Shown here: positions 35,025 to 44,916 of the stretch, piece after piece | Position numbering within the stretch: the stretch's first letter is position 1 | Layout of the letters: the number at the start of each line of letters is the position of its first letter | IMG/VR virus record: IMGVR_UViG_3300044712_001255 | Location: 260,469 to 324,468 of that record | Length of the DNA: 64,000 bases | Direction: 5' to 3' (one strand) | Notes under the pieces: model-generated | The model's database searches: none | What the model saw: only the letters and a program-made list of their open reading frames with translations | Told to the model about the DNA's origin: nothing | Position numbers and translations under genes: made by a program

Positions 35025-35926
35025 CAGTAAGTCAAGCCTCCAAATGCTATCGAGTCAGTTCCAACGCCTTGTACGCTGTCATACACAAATCCACATGGCG
35101 CTGACACTTGATTGTACCTCACGTATGAATCTGTGCTATATGCAACATGACCTGTTGCATTGTCTATATCTTGTAAATTCAACGCTACATTCATCTGCGA
35201 ATCATTTGTTTGTGATAGAGGTACACCGCGAGGTAAACGTTGATCAGTGAATGGTAACAATGAGGTTTGATCATCATTCACATAACCAACAATCACTGTA
35301 TTTCCAAGATTGTCAGCCGTGTCGATGAACGAAATGGGCGTGGGATGTGGATTGAAGTAATCAAGAGATAAAATTTGTGGAGTCGCCTTACGAATGTTCG
35401 CAGTTCCCCCACACACTTCACCATAAACAGCATGCGCTTCAAATGGAGAATCAATACTACTAAATGATGCAACGTTACGAATTGAAAGTGGCTCAATTAC
35501 GCCATCAAAATCATCTGGTGCGCCGTCGTTATCAGGCAACACAACTGGCCAAGCTGCGAATTTCGTTGGTGACAAGTTTGCAGGATCATATACATCAGAT
35601 GACTGTAACGCGATGTATTGCGTAGGATCAAATGGCGCAACGTCTTCAAATTCTGCTATATTTTCTCGATATGTGATACCTTGACCAAACGTACGTTTTG
35701 GAATGACATGGCCGGGTTCGCCCGCGTGAATCTTACAGACGCCAGCGTCCCAATCTGATTGATGTCGTAGTTCAACACCTTGCTTATATGTCGCAATTTG
35801 TGACGTGTCTATCGATGACGTGTTGATCATCGATGCAACAATCTTTTTGTCATGTACGGGTGGTCCGTCATCAAACCATAACGTTTGCGCGACGAACGGT
35901 TGAATCGTTGCGTTTATGACAATCAT
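35024..35926 (-). CDS. Putative virion structural protein
   Basis: Operon context. Confidence 0.7.
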   Translation of the reverse strand: MIVINATIQPFVAQTLWFDDGPPVHDKKIVASMINTSSIDTSQIATYKQGVELRHQSDWDAGVCKIHAGEPGHVIPKRTFGQGITYRENIAEFEDVAPFDPTQYIALQSSDVYDPANLSPTKFAAWPVVLPDNDGAPDDFDGVIEPLSIRNVASFSSIDSPFEAHAVYGEVCGGTANIRKATPQILSLDYFNPHPTPISFIDTADNLGNTVIVGYVNDDQTSLLPFTDQRLPRGVPLSQTNDSQMNVALNLQDIDNATGHVAYSTDSYVRYNQVSAPCGFVYDSVQGVGTDSIAFGGLTY

Positions 35927-35935
35927 GGTTGATCC

Positions 35936-38900
35936 TTAGTATTTGCGCAAAGATCCAACGACTTGTTGAACCAACAGAACGTCTCTGATCCTTGAGCGAT
36001 TGCTTTCACCAACATACATCTCTTCAAAATGATACTGCAACTTGTGACGTTCCAACATGTGAGATTCAATCAAGAAGTTTGTGCCCTTGAAATTACTCTT
36101 ATGTGGAATCAGCTGCTCGATAAATGTGCCAATGGCGACATCGAACCACCGGAAGAAATCAAAGAAAGCTCTAAAGTTGATTTTTTCCTGTACCTGCGTA
36201 AAGTATATGTTACGCAGCTGCTCAAGATCAGGATAATCTGATGAGAACGCAAGCTCTGGCGCACCGATTGCTTCATTCAACTTCTCGAACGTTGAAAAGA
36301 TCGTGATGATATCGCGATTCAATGAATCAATTAGCGAAAATTCAACAGAGAATTTTGAACTATCAGTTGGCTTTTCAGCTGGTGGGACTTCATACACGGG
36401 GGCAAATTGCGTCCATGGATTCATTTCAACTACGTCTAATTCCTTTGCGCTTCTAATTCTAATCTTATCAGCTGACACAGCTTCATCAAAATACGGCGAC
36501 AAGTAGCTGTACCCAAACGTTTGTCCACCAAGCGCAAGAGTTCCCACGGTAAATTGAGATCCCGTGAGGTGGTTTCCATTAAGACTAAGATCCCACATTA
36601 TTACGGACCCTGTTGGGAGCCCGAGTGAGGCAGTTGCGAGCGGATAACGGTAATCGTCTTGTTGCCAGATTGAGAATAACCTAAGTCGTTCCCAAGAACC
36701 AGAACTTGTTGTGTTGAAGTTGTAGTTGATCCATGGATCGTCCACACCGACGCTCTTGTAGTTACGAACGTGTTCTTTGAATTCTATTTCTGTCTGAGAC
36801 TTCGTCCAGAATCTAACGTTTGACATTCTTCCGACAAACATTGTTGTTCGCGCTACAGAATCTACAGAGTCATCATTAAGGAATGCGCCGCCAGTTGTAG
36901 TTGACATTGACGTATTACCCCAACGTAATGAACTACCTGAAACGTTATCTGACGACTTTGTTTTCAGAACGTTATCTTCTGTATAGAAGACTTCTGAGAA
37001 GTACGATGACGTCATCGTCAACTTTGTGATGTCGCCAAAATCATTTTGTGCAGCTCGCAAAAAATACGTACCAGATGCAGTACCAGATTCTGATGAGTCG
37101 ATGTATCCAAATGAAACATTCCACGGATCACCATCAAATAATCCATCGCCAGATAGATTTAGAGGCATTGCAAGCAGCGGAGAATTTGCGCTGTTACCGG
37201 GACGTGCGTATAATGTGAGTTTTGAGCCATTCTCAACAACAAGGTTCATTATTGTGCGTTCGCTATTCGGAGTAGAACCTGTGATGATGAAGCGTACCAA
37301 TGATTGCTGATCTTCGAATGAATATTGTCGTTTCTGTATTGCCAGCGGAAAATGATAGATCGCTTCATACGTCCAGGACGCTCGTGTCAATAACCCATCA
37401 TTCGCGTTATTTGAGATTCCATGTGGTGGATGAACGTCTTTTTGCACAAAAGTTCCATACGGCGTCGGAAATCCTGGTTCGATACGAGACGCCGTAAGAA
37501 ATGGTGTAGTGACTATTGATCCACTGGACATGTTTATCATTAGTCCAGATTCAATGTGACGTTCTCTAGACGCGTCTAACATTTGTTCTGTTGGACCACC
37601 ATATTCTCGAATACGAACGCTGTTGTTGGGATCAATACCAAGCGCTCTTAAAAATGCTTCAATTGCGTATCGAGTTCCCTTAGATCGTAGGATTTTTGGG
37701 AGGTAAATTAGCACCCTTTTCAACAATTCGTCCTGTACAGTGCGTAATGCTATTGGTCCTGTGTTGATTTCATCATCTATGTTTTCTGCGTAGATGTATT
37801 GATCAATTGTTGATTCGTTGAAAAGTGGAGGTAAGTCTACACCCCATGTACGAGCAACGTCAATCAAAAATGGATTTGGTACTGTGTCATGTGTATCATG
37901 AGATACACTTCGCATGTTTGCAAATTGATCGATTAGAATTTTGATGTTATCGAAAAACTTTGCATACACGTATAAGAACGACAAGATCAGGTGCGTTGAA
38001 CCCATTTCGCCTTGTCCGGGAATACCTTCGCCACCATACGCATTATTTGCGTCACCCAATTGCGTTTTAAATCCTTCGTATGATTGCCCTTGCAAAATGA
38101 GATTTTCTGGCACGAGCTTCGTGATGATGTTGGGATTTGCTGCATCATACAGTGATGCACTTTGTAGTAGCGTTTCATTCAATGACACAATTGATGGATA
38201 CGCTGGGAACAAAACAGGCGATAGCTCATCACGCTCATAGATCATCAATGATGAAGCTTCATCATCAACGCTCTTACGTAGAGTGCCGACAAAAGCGTTT
38301 ACTAATGCATGTAAGCTATTTCCAGAGCTATCAAGCACAATAGCATTCACGTACCCGTTGTCGGGAACCAACGGAGGTGGTGGCTCATTGAACTTATAGT
38401 AGAGCTTCAAATCGTCAGACGCTGTAATCAATTTTTGATGATATGCTTGTTGCTGTGCAATTGTCCTAACGCTGTGAAAGAATCGAAACTCGTCAAGGCT
38501 TCCTGAGAATGTTTGCGTCGGCGTAATTACTGACGTGCCATTTATCCACGATGATCCCGACGCAATCGTTAGGGGTGACGTTGTTAACGCAAGGTTTCCA
38601 ATGACGGGCGTTGTTCGTGATGTCGCCAATAATGAAAAATTCTGGTAAAGCGCAGCCAACGCAGGCCCATTGTCTTTGTTCAATACTGCGGCGATGTGCG
38701 TGAACGTACCTTTTGGAATTTCCCCTGTTGCAAATACGCTTGTTGATCCTGAAACTACATTGAAACACAATGTTGCAGCAGCAGAACTAACTGACGGTTC
38801 CAAATACAAGGAGAATCCATTGCCATCATTTTGTTTTTGGCAAATCACCTGTAAATCATTCGCAACTGGTGCAACAAATACATGTGTCTCAACACTAAAT

Positions 38901-39415
38901 GATTTATCGCCGGGATTCATTATCCCGAGACCAGTTGCATTTTTTGCAAGCTCTGGGAATAGCGCGCCAGCTTTATCTTGTATGGATATCCAATTACCCA
39001 ACGCGCCATCCTCGCCTACTTGCGTGCCAGAGAACATCAAGAATCCATGATACTTTGGGAATTGATCGAATACCCAACGTTCAAATCCAGTCAATTCGTC
39101 AAAAAAACGTTCAATCTCTAACTTTGTTCCATCAAATGGGAATCCATTGATGATTTGATCGAATGTTGCGTTCACAAGAACTTCAGCTGGCATGAAGAAG
39201 CAATGATTCTCAAATTGAGACCAATCAACGTTCAACTGTTGTGTTGACTTTAGAGGTTCACCACGTGGATCGTATTTGAAAGAGCTAGATGATGCTACGT
39301 TTGTATCGATGACATCTTCAAGAGTCATCGTTACAGGTCGTACACCTTCTATTGCCGCCTTAAGAAAGCTTGGTACGCCAAACGTTTTTGTTGGAGAATT
39401 TGATTTAATGTCCAT
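35936..39415 (-). CDS. Baseplate wedge-like protein with LamG domain
   Basis: FSGSLDEFRFF, LKLYYKFNE, ILRSKGTRYAIEAFLR, NFLIESHMLER. Confidence 0.75.
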   Translation of the reverse strand: MDIKSNSPTKTFGVPSFLKAAIEGVRPVTMTLEDVIDTNVASSSSFKYDPRGEPLKSTQQLNVDWSQFENHCFFMPAEVLVNATFDQIINGFPFDGTKLEIERFFDELTGFERWVFDQFPKYHGFLMFSGTQVGEDGALGNWISIQDKAGALFPELAKNATGLGIMNPGDKSFSVETHVFVAPVANDLQVICQKQNDGNGFSLYLEPSVSSAAATLCFNVVSGSTSVFATGEIPKGTFTHIAAVLNKDNGPALAALYQNFSLLATSRTTPVIGNLALTTSPLTIASGSSWINGTSVITPTQTFSGSLDEFRFFHSVRTIAQQQAYHQKLITASDDLKLYYKFNEPPPPLVPDNGYVNAIVLDSSGNSLHALVNAFVGTLRKSVDDEASSLMIYERDELSPVLFPAYPSIVSLNETLLQSASLYDAANPNIITKLVPENLILQGQSYEGFKTQLGDANNAYGGEGIPGQGEMGSTHLILSFLYVYAKFFDNIKILIDQFANMRSVSHDTHDTVPNPFLIDVARTWGVDLPPLFNESTIDQYIYAENIDDEINTGPIALRTVQDELLKRVLIYLPKILRSKGTRYAIEAFLRALGIDPNNSVRIREYGGPTEQMLDASRERHIESGLMINMSSGSIVTTPFLTASRIEPGFPTPYGTFVQKDVHPPHGISNNANDGLLTRASWTYEAIYHFPLAIQKRQYSFEDQQSLVRFIITGSTPNSERTIMNLVVENGSKLTLYARPGNSANSPLLAMPLNLSGDGLFDGDPWNVSFGYIDSSESGTASGTYFLRAAQNDFGDITKLTMTSSYFSEVFYTEDNVLKTKSSDNVSGSSLRWGNTSMSTTTGGAFLNDDSVDSVARTTMFVGRMSNVRFWTKSQTEIEFKEHVRNYKSVGVDDPWINYNFNTTSSGSWERLRLFSIWQQDDYRYPLATASLGLPTGSVIMWDLSLNGNHLTGSQFTVGTLALGGQTFGYSYLSPYFDEAVSADKIRIRSAKELDVVEMNPWTQFAPVYEVPPAEKPTDSSKFSVEFSLIDSLNRDIITIFSTFEKLNEAIGAPELAFSSDYPDLEQLRNIYFTQVQEKINFRAFFDFFRWFDVAIGTFIEQLIPHKSNFKGTNFLIESHMLERHKLQYHFEEMYVGESNRSRIRDVLLVQQVVGSLRKY

Positions 39416-39425
39416 CTTTCACCGT

Positions 39426-40928
39426 CTAGCGTAGGTCATTCACTCTAAATGCTGGGGATACGTTTCGATATACGTACTCATTACCTTGCGTAGAAATCAT
39501 AATGTCTATCGTATACGTGCGTTGATCACGCAATGATGACATATCAAGCTCAAAGTACATTCCATCGCCATCACTTGATACTCTTGTCGAGTTGTATGTT
39601 GTGTCAAATGGAATGATATTGTCATCAGTCGAGATGTCTCGTATCTGATAGTGAACATCACGGATCACTAACCCTGGGAGCGCCAAAAACTCCTTTGTTA
39701 ACTTGATGTATGGAGACAGATAATCGAATATGTTTACCCTCACAAACACCATCTCATTGGTCTTATGCGACTGACGTAGGCCCGTTGTTGTCACAGTGTA
39801 ATGGCTATGTTCAATGCGTTTATTCGTCCGTAGTGGTGGTCTAATTGACAACATCGAACCTGTGACAAACCCGATCGTGTTGTCAACTGACCCCCAAATT
39901 GGTATGAATTCAACTGACCCTGATAACAACAATTTTGATGCAATTTGATTCGTTAGTGGTACGTTGATTGTAGCGTAGTAAATGCCATCAACTGGTATTG
40001 ATCCACGAGTGTGTTGTGAACCAGTGAAACCAAATTCTAACATTCCACCAGAAACTGCCGTTTGTAGTCGAAGAGTGATGCAATTTGTTCCAGTCACTGG
40101 CATTGACGCCGACATTAGATTTTGTAATGAATTGAATCTATAGTTGTACAGAAATACGTTACAATCACTATCAAATTCAAGTATTTGTGTATCATCTTGT
40201 ACTGAGTCGTCAAAGCGCACAACTAGACGAGGATGCTTTTCTTCATTATATGCATTGCGAGCTGCAAATCTCTTCACAAAGTACGTTCGCGCGTCGTTTT
40301 CAAAGTCAGAACTTAGTGAAATACGAAATCCTTCATCTGGGATTTGACTTGACAATGTGGCGGATATTGCAGCTGTAACGTCTACTGACAGATTTTCTTC
40401 TCCGGTTGTGAAGAATTGAGATGCCTTTAGCGACACCGCATTTACTGATGTTAAATAATCATGCGCACCAGATGCATCGCCCCCATCATTTGCGCCAGAC
40501 GCTATCCACACAGAATTTGGATATGAAGCTGTCAAAAAATTCGTTACATCAAAATCTGCATATTTGACAACGTCACGACCTCTTCCTTCGTCGAAGGATT
40601 GAGATAATGGAAAAACATCTATTGTGAAGTTTTCAGGTGTTGGTTGACCACCATAAACATCAAACAGTTGTAGCTGCGCATTGAAACTTGCATCCGTAAT
40701 GTCAAGTTCCTTATTTACGATTGCTTTTCGCAACTCAGAAAGATCGAACTTTACAAGTAAACGTGACAATTCAATAGGAGATCCAGACAACACGTAGTTG
40801 CCTTCGTTGTATAATTTGAACAAATCAAGCGTAGCTGCGGTACCAACGTTTGAAGTTGAACATCGTACGTTATTGATCACCTTGTCGGTGATGTACGTGT
40901 CCTTTGTGACCTGTAGAACCTTGAACAT
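39426..40928 (-). CDS. Putative baseplate/virion protein
   Basis: KDTYI, SRLLVKFDL, PRLVVRFDDS; operon context. Confidence 0.7.
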   Translation of the reverse strand: MFKVLQVTKDTYITDKVINNVRCSTSNVGTAATLDLFKLYNEGNYVLSGSPIELSRLLVKFDLSELRKAIVNKELDITDASFNAQLQLFDVYGGQPTPENFTIDVFPLSQSFDEGRGRDVVKYADFDVTNFLTASYPNSVWIASGANDGGDASGAHDYLTSVNAVSLKASQFFTTGEENLSVDVTAAISATLSSQIPDEGFRISLSSDFENDARTYFVKRFAARNAYNEEKHPRLVVRFDDSVQDDTQILEFDSDCNVFLYNYRFNSLQNLMSASMPVTGTNCITLRLQTAVSGGMLEFGFTGSQHTRGSIPVDGIYYATINVPLTNQIASKLLLSGSVEFIPIWGSVDNTIGFVTGSMLSIRPPLRTNKRIEHSHYTVTTTGLRQSHKTNEMVFVRVNIFDYLSPYIKLTKEFLALPGLVIRDVHYQIRDISTDDNIIPFDTTYNSTRVSSDGDGMYFELDMSSLRDQRTYTIDIMISTQGNEYVYRNVSPAFRVNDLR

Positions 40929-40931
40929 GGG

Positions 40932-42767
40932 TTAGACCGCCCTTCCAATGATATCGACTTCCGGGTATCTGATTTCAAACATTCCTCCCGGAGGTGGGAA
41001 AATGATATCCTTGAACGTATTGGATGTTACGTCAAACGTTCTGTCACTGTAAGAACGATTGTTCACCATACCCGTCATTGTCGTGAATGTCAAAGCATCT
41101 GGTCTCACTGAGATGACGCCACGAATTGCCGACAATGAATTACGAACCTCTGATAGAATGATGGGTTGATCGATGTAGAAATTTTGTGTTTTGAAGAATT
41201 GTTGTAGGCGATTGAGCACGCTTGTTAATACAAGTTGTTTGTTTAATGCCGGGTCTATCACCACATCAAAATTCAAGCGTAAGTTAATGATTTGACCATC
41301 TAACACATCGATCGCGTCTGAGATCATGCGATATGGCGACAAGTATTTCACAAGATTCAACTTTAGTGAATCTGGTGCTGTCACCATCAACCCGTCTGCA
41401 TCACGTGAAATGATGAATAACTGGGTCGCCATTGGATTGTTGGGATTTGCACGAACAGCGGCTCTATACACTCTACCAAAGTTGCTTGGGATAGTATAGA
41501 CATGCGCAAGCAAGTCTTGACGTGACACCATACGTTCCTGCGCTGCTTTTGTCGCAGGAATCAATTCCTTTAACTCATTAATTGTTAACGCGTCCTCTCC
41601 ACCTGCTGCCCTAGCGTCATTGCTAACTTCGATACTGTTTCTTACCTGTGCAGCTATCACAGCAGACGGATTATTTGGGAACGTCATCGTCAATTGAGAT
41701 ACGATTCGAATCTCATTAGGACCAACGTTGTGATTTAGACCACCGCCGTATCGATACGTGGCATACAACGTAGTGTTGGTACCAGCAACACCCAAAGTAT
41801 TTGTCTGCATCATCTTCGTTGGATTAATTGGTTGTCGAGAGAACGTGCGACGATATGGGTACCGAATTGCAAACGTTGAAGGGTCTGGTATGATATCGTC
41901 TTCAAGTGAGTCTGCAGAACCACCACCAAACGTTAGAGTTGTTTTTCGGCTACCGATATTGACGTTCTTCGTAAATCTGTAAGGCGCAGGAATGATCTTG
42001 ATAGCTTCGGGTACATCACCAGAATCATCGCGATAATTTGGAATGTTTTGATACACTACATCATCAGTCAACGCTGAAACTTCGTAGTAATCATTTCCCA
42101 AGGCATCATATACAGATATGATTTGTGTTACATGCGCATTTGTGAGTGTTAGTTGTCTGAACGGAACAAACTGCGTTCCAATTTCAAACGTGTCAGTTGT
42201 TTCCTGCCCAGAGATACACTCTCCCGACATGAACATAACATAAGACAGCACGGCACCTGACGATGATGTTTTGCCAATTTTGATCGTTGCGTAATAATCG
42301 CCATTTGCCTTCTTGCGTGTGAAGTCAACGTCTTCTAACAAAATAAATTGCACGCCATTGTCTGATAACAACGTTGAGTTTGCCTTAATGATGGGTAACG
42401 CGTCTACATTTGGGCCCGTCGGTCCAGCGGGTACTTGAATGTAGAAAGATACGTCAACTACGGCTGGTGATGCGCCAGACACAGGAACGCCAGAATTGAG
42501 CAGGTGTCTTTCTACGTTTCTATTTTCAACTGCGAGTTGCGGGTCTAGTTCATGGTATTGATGATCTAGATAAAACGCCATGTTATCGCCGACGAATGCG
42601 GCAAAATCGATGAGCAAACCACCAAGACCGTTCTCAGAAAAATCCTGAATCTTGTCAGGGTAGTACCGCCTGGCATAATTCACGAGTTCTGCTCGCAGTG
42701 AGTCGAAGTCTCGAGCCAGATAGTTGCGTTGGCGTGGCTCCTTGATGATAGTATTTTTGAGTGCCAT
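40932..42767 (-). CDS. Baseplate wedge subunit (T4 gp6-like)
   Basis: NYLARDFDSLRAELVNYA, DFSE, AFYLD, YRYGGG, AAGGED, RMVSRQD. Confidence 0.88.
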   Translation of the reverse strand: MALKNTIIKEPRQRNYLARDFDSLRAELVNYARRYYPDKIQDFSENGLGGLLIDFAAFVGDNMAFYLDHQYHELDPQLAVENRNVERHLLNSGVPVSGASPAVVDVSFYIQVPAGPTGPNVDALPIIKANSTLLSDNGVQFILLEDVDFTRKKANGDYYATIKIGKTSSSGAVLSYVMFMSGECISGQETTDTFEIGTQFVPFRQLTLTNAHVTQIISVYDALGNDYYEVSALTDDVVYQNIPNYRDDSGDVPEAIKIIPAPYRFTKNVNIGSRKTTLTFGGGSADSLEDDIIPDPSTFAIRYPYRRTFSRQPINPTKMMQTNTLGVAGTNTTLYATYRYGGGLNHNVGPNEIRIVSQLTMTFPNNPSAVIAAQVRNSIEVSNDARAAGGEDALTINELKELIPATKAAQERMVSRQDLLAHVYTIPSNFGRVYRAAVRANPNNPMATQLFIISRDADGLMVTAPDSLKLNLVKYLSPYRMISDAIDVLDGQIINLRLNFDVVIDPALNKQLVLTSVLNRLQQFFKTQNFYIDQPIILSEVRNSLSAIRGVISVRPDALTFTTMTGMVNNRSYSDRTFDVTSNTFKDIIFPPPGGMFEIRYPEVDIIGRAV

Positions 42768-42797
42768 AGCGGTTCACACGATAAGTATCGAGCTGCA

Positions 42798-43274
42798 TTA
42801 CGTCACATACAACGTGATTTCGATGATAGCGTTCTTGACGTCTAGCGCAGCGACGTCGTACGTTACCATGATCTTAATCGCGGCAACGCGGTTGTTTTTG
42901 TTGTTTCTGTCGACGGACGACGCGAAGTTGTTCAATGAGATATACGGCATCCACTTCGTCACGGCGTTTCTGATGCGTTCAATTGCTTGAGAATCAAAAT
43001 CATCCAATGAGACGAGTTCTGTTGTTATCGGTCGGAGGTTGGCACCGTAGTCGTAAAGACCGAGTCTTTCACCGTAGTTTGTAAGTAATAGATTGCGTAG
43101 ATTGTCGGCAACTTGGTCTTTCAATGAATATGTGACATCAAATATCAACCCACCCGTAGACGAACGTAACGGGGTCTTAATGCCATACATTGTAGGCGTT
43201 TTTGCAGCAGAAGTTGATGACTCAATGTTGTCTTGAGTTGTTTTGCCGGCGCTGCGAAAGCTAAAGTTTCCCAT
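42798..43274 (-). CDS. Baseplate wedge protein (gp25-like)
   Basis: NLRNLLLTNYGERL...YGANL...IRNAVTKWMPYI. Confidence 0.88.
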   Translation of the reverse strand: MGNFSFRSAGKTTQDNIESSTSAAKTPTMYGIKTPLRSSTGGLIFDVTYSLKDQVADNLRNLLLTNYGERLGLYDYGANLRPITTELVSLDDFDSQAIERIRNAVTKWMPYISLNNFASSVDRNNKNNRVAAIKIMVTYDVAALDVKNAIIEITLYVT

Positions 43275-43281
43275 TTAGACC

Positions 43282-44913
43282 TCAATCGTTATATTTGTTC
43301 TCTGACGACGTGTCAGGTTGATACTCTTTCGGTTTTGGACGTCCAGTATCAGCAGTAACTACCTTCTCACTGTCGATGACATACCGAACAACGCGTCGAT
43401 TGCCTGTCTTAGTTGAATTTAGCGCGAACGGAACCTGATAAGTCTTGTTGCTTGACCCAAGCTCAAATCTGTATTCATCTGAAGCGACAGCAGACGGGTA
43501 CAGTGGGCCGTTGGGATCTGAAGTCTTGGGGTTCAACTTATCGGGTGATCCTCCACCAATTGTTGCTATCGTTTTCCCATTATTTTCTCCACCGCCGTAA
43601 TCATCTACGAACAGTTCAGCGTGCAACTCAGCGTCAGTCGCGCCGATGATAACGAAATCTCCCTTTTTGAACGATGGTATTGTTTTGTCACCTTTTTCAT
43701 AGTTGAATAACACGGCATCACGTCTTGTTGCTTCACGAATTAGCAATGTTATGGCAGAGCCGTCTGCGTAAGGTCCTTCAAAATAACCTGTTTGTTTACC
43801 GTTCTTTTCATATTCTACAAAGTCGCGAGTGCCCGCTGCTATCAAACAACTTCTGACAAACATGCCACATGAAGATGCTGTTTTTGCGAAATTCACTGCT
43901 TTTTGCAATGGGTCACCAGTTTTAGGATCAAGATCAGTTGGCATCAACGATTGTGTATACTTCTGGCTGTCTTTCCCCCAACTGCTGTTCACCATTTTAT
44001 TTGCGTGGTCAATAATCTTTTCCCTTGGAGAGCGTTGTTTTGCTGTAGATTTCTCTGGTGGTGGTGGACGATACCCATACATGTCGCCAAGCCCGCCAAC
44101 TGCCCCACCAGATGCTGAACCTAACGTAGCGCCTACTATGAGAATCGAAGCACATTCTACAGTTTTCTTTACAAGAACAATGTTCGTAGCGATTTGTAAT
44201 GCTGGATTTGGGCCATTCGGCGCAGGAAAAGCGCCATAAATCAACTTACAGATGCCTGATAGTTGTAAGCCTAACAATGGTAATAAAATGTCAGGTGATA
44301 ACATCCCAGGCACTATCATTGTTGGCAATTCTAACAACTTCAGGTTCAGCTTCACCAACTCGCCCATAAGCGCAATATCATACGATGGAAAATTCACCTT
44401 TGGTATGTCAATAGCAGGCGGTTTTGGTATACACAATTGAGCCAACTCAGGAATCTTTACTGCGAAATCTGGTGGTTGTATTTCCAATTTCATTAGAAGC
44501 ATTGGAAGATTACCCATCAAACTTGGAAATTCTCCAAAGCTAATCTGTGGCATTGGCAAATTTGCTGATGCTGCCAATGATATTGGATCGAACATTAGTG
44601 GAAATAATGCTCGAATGCCTTCGACATTGAATGCCGCAGCGATGTTGGCGTACGTACCAAAATTTGTGCTACGCCAATCATGATAGATTTCTTTGTTTGT
44701 TAAGTAATCATCTGGTAAAGTCGTACCAGCGGGTAACGGTGGAACAACAGGAAAGCAATCTCCAAACATCGGTGGAATGACACTTGACGATCCGTCAGAC
44801 AACACCTTTTTGACGTCTTTGATAAAGCTGTCTTTTGCGCCAGACGTAAGAATAGCTTTTCCTGTGTGGCTACCCACTATTAGGACACCAGCGTCTTCTT
44901 GAGTCCACCCCAT
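43282..44913 (-). CDS. Baseplate-associated protein, possible C-terminal CHAP/NlpC-like domain
   Basis: SSCGMFVRSCL...KKGDFVII...HAELF. Confidence 0.55.
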   Translation of the reverse strand: MGWTQEDAGVLIVGSHTGKAILTSGAKDSFIKDVKKVLSDGSSSVIPPMFGDCFPVVPPLPAGTTLPDDYLTNKEIYHDWRSTNFGTYANIAAAFNVEGIRALFPLMFDPISLAASANLPMPQISFGEFPSLMGNLPMLLMKLEIQPPDFAVKIPELAQLCIPKPPAIDIPKVNFPSYDIALMGELVKLNLKLLELPTMIVPGMLSPDILLPLLGLQLSGICKLIYGAFPAPNGPNPALQIATNIVLVKKTVECASILIVGATLGSASGGAVGGLGDMYGYRPPPPEKSTAKQRSPREKIIDHANKMVNSSWGKDSQKYTQSLMPTDLDPKTGDPLQKAVNFAKTASSCGMFVRSCLIAAGTRDFVEYEKNGKQTGYFEGPYADGSAITLLIREATRRDAVLFNYEKGDKTIPSFKKGDFVIIGATDAELHAELFVDDYGGGENNGKTIATIGGGSPDKLNPKTSDPNGPLYPSAVASDEYRFELGSSNKTYQVPFALNSTKTGNRRVVRYVIDSEKVVTADTGRPKPKEYQPDTSSENKYND

Positions 44914-44916
44914 GAT

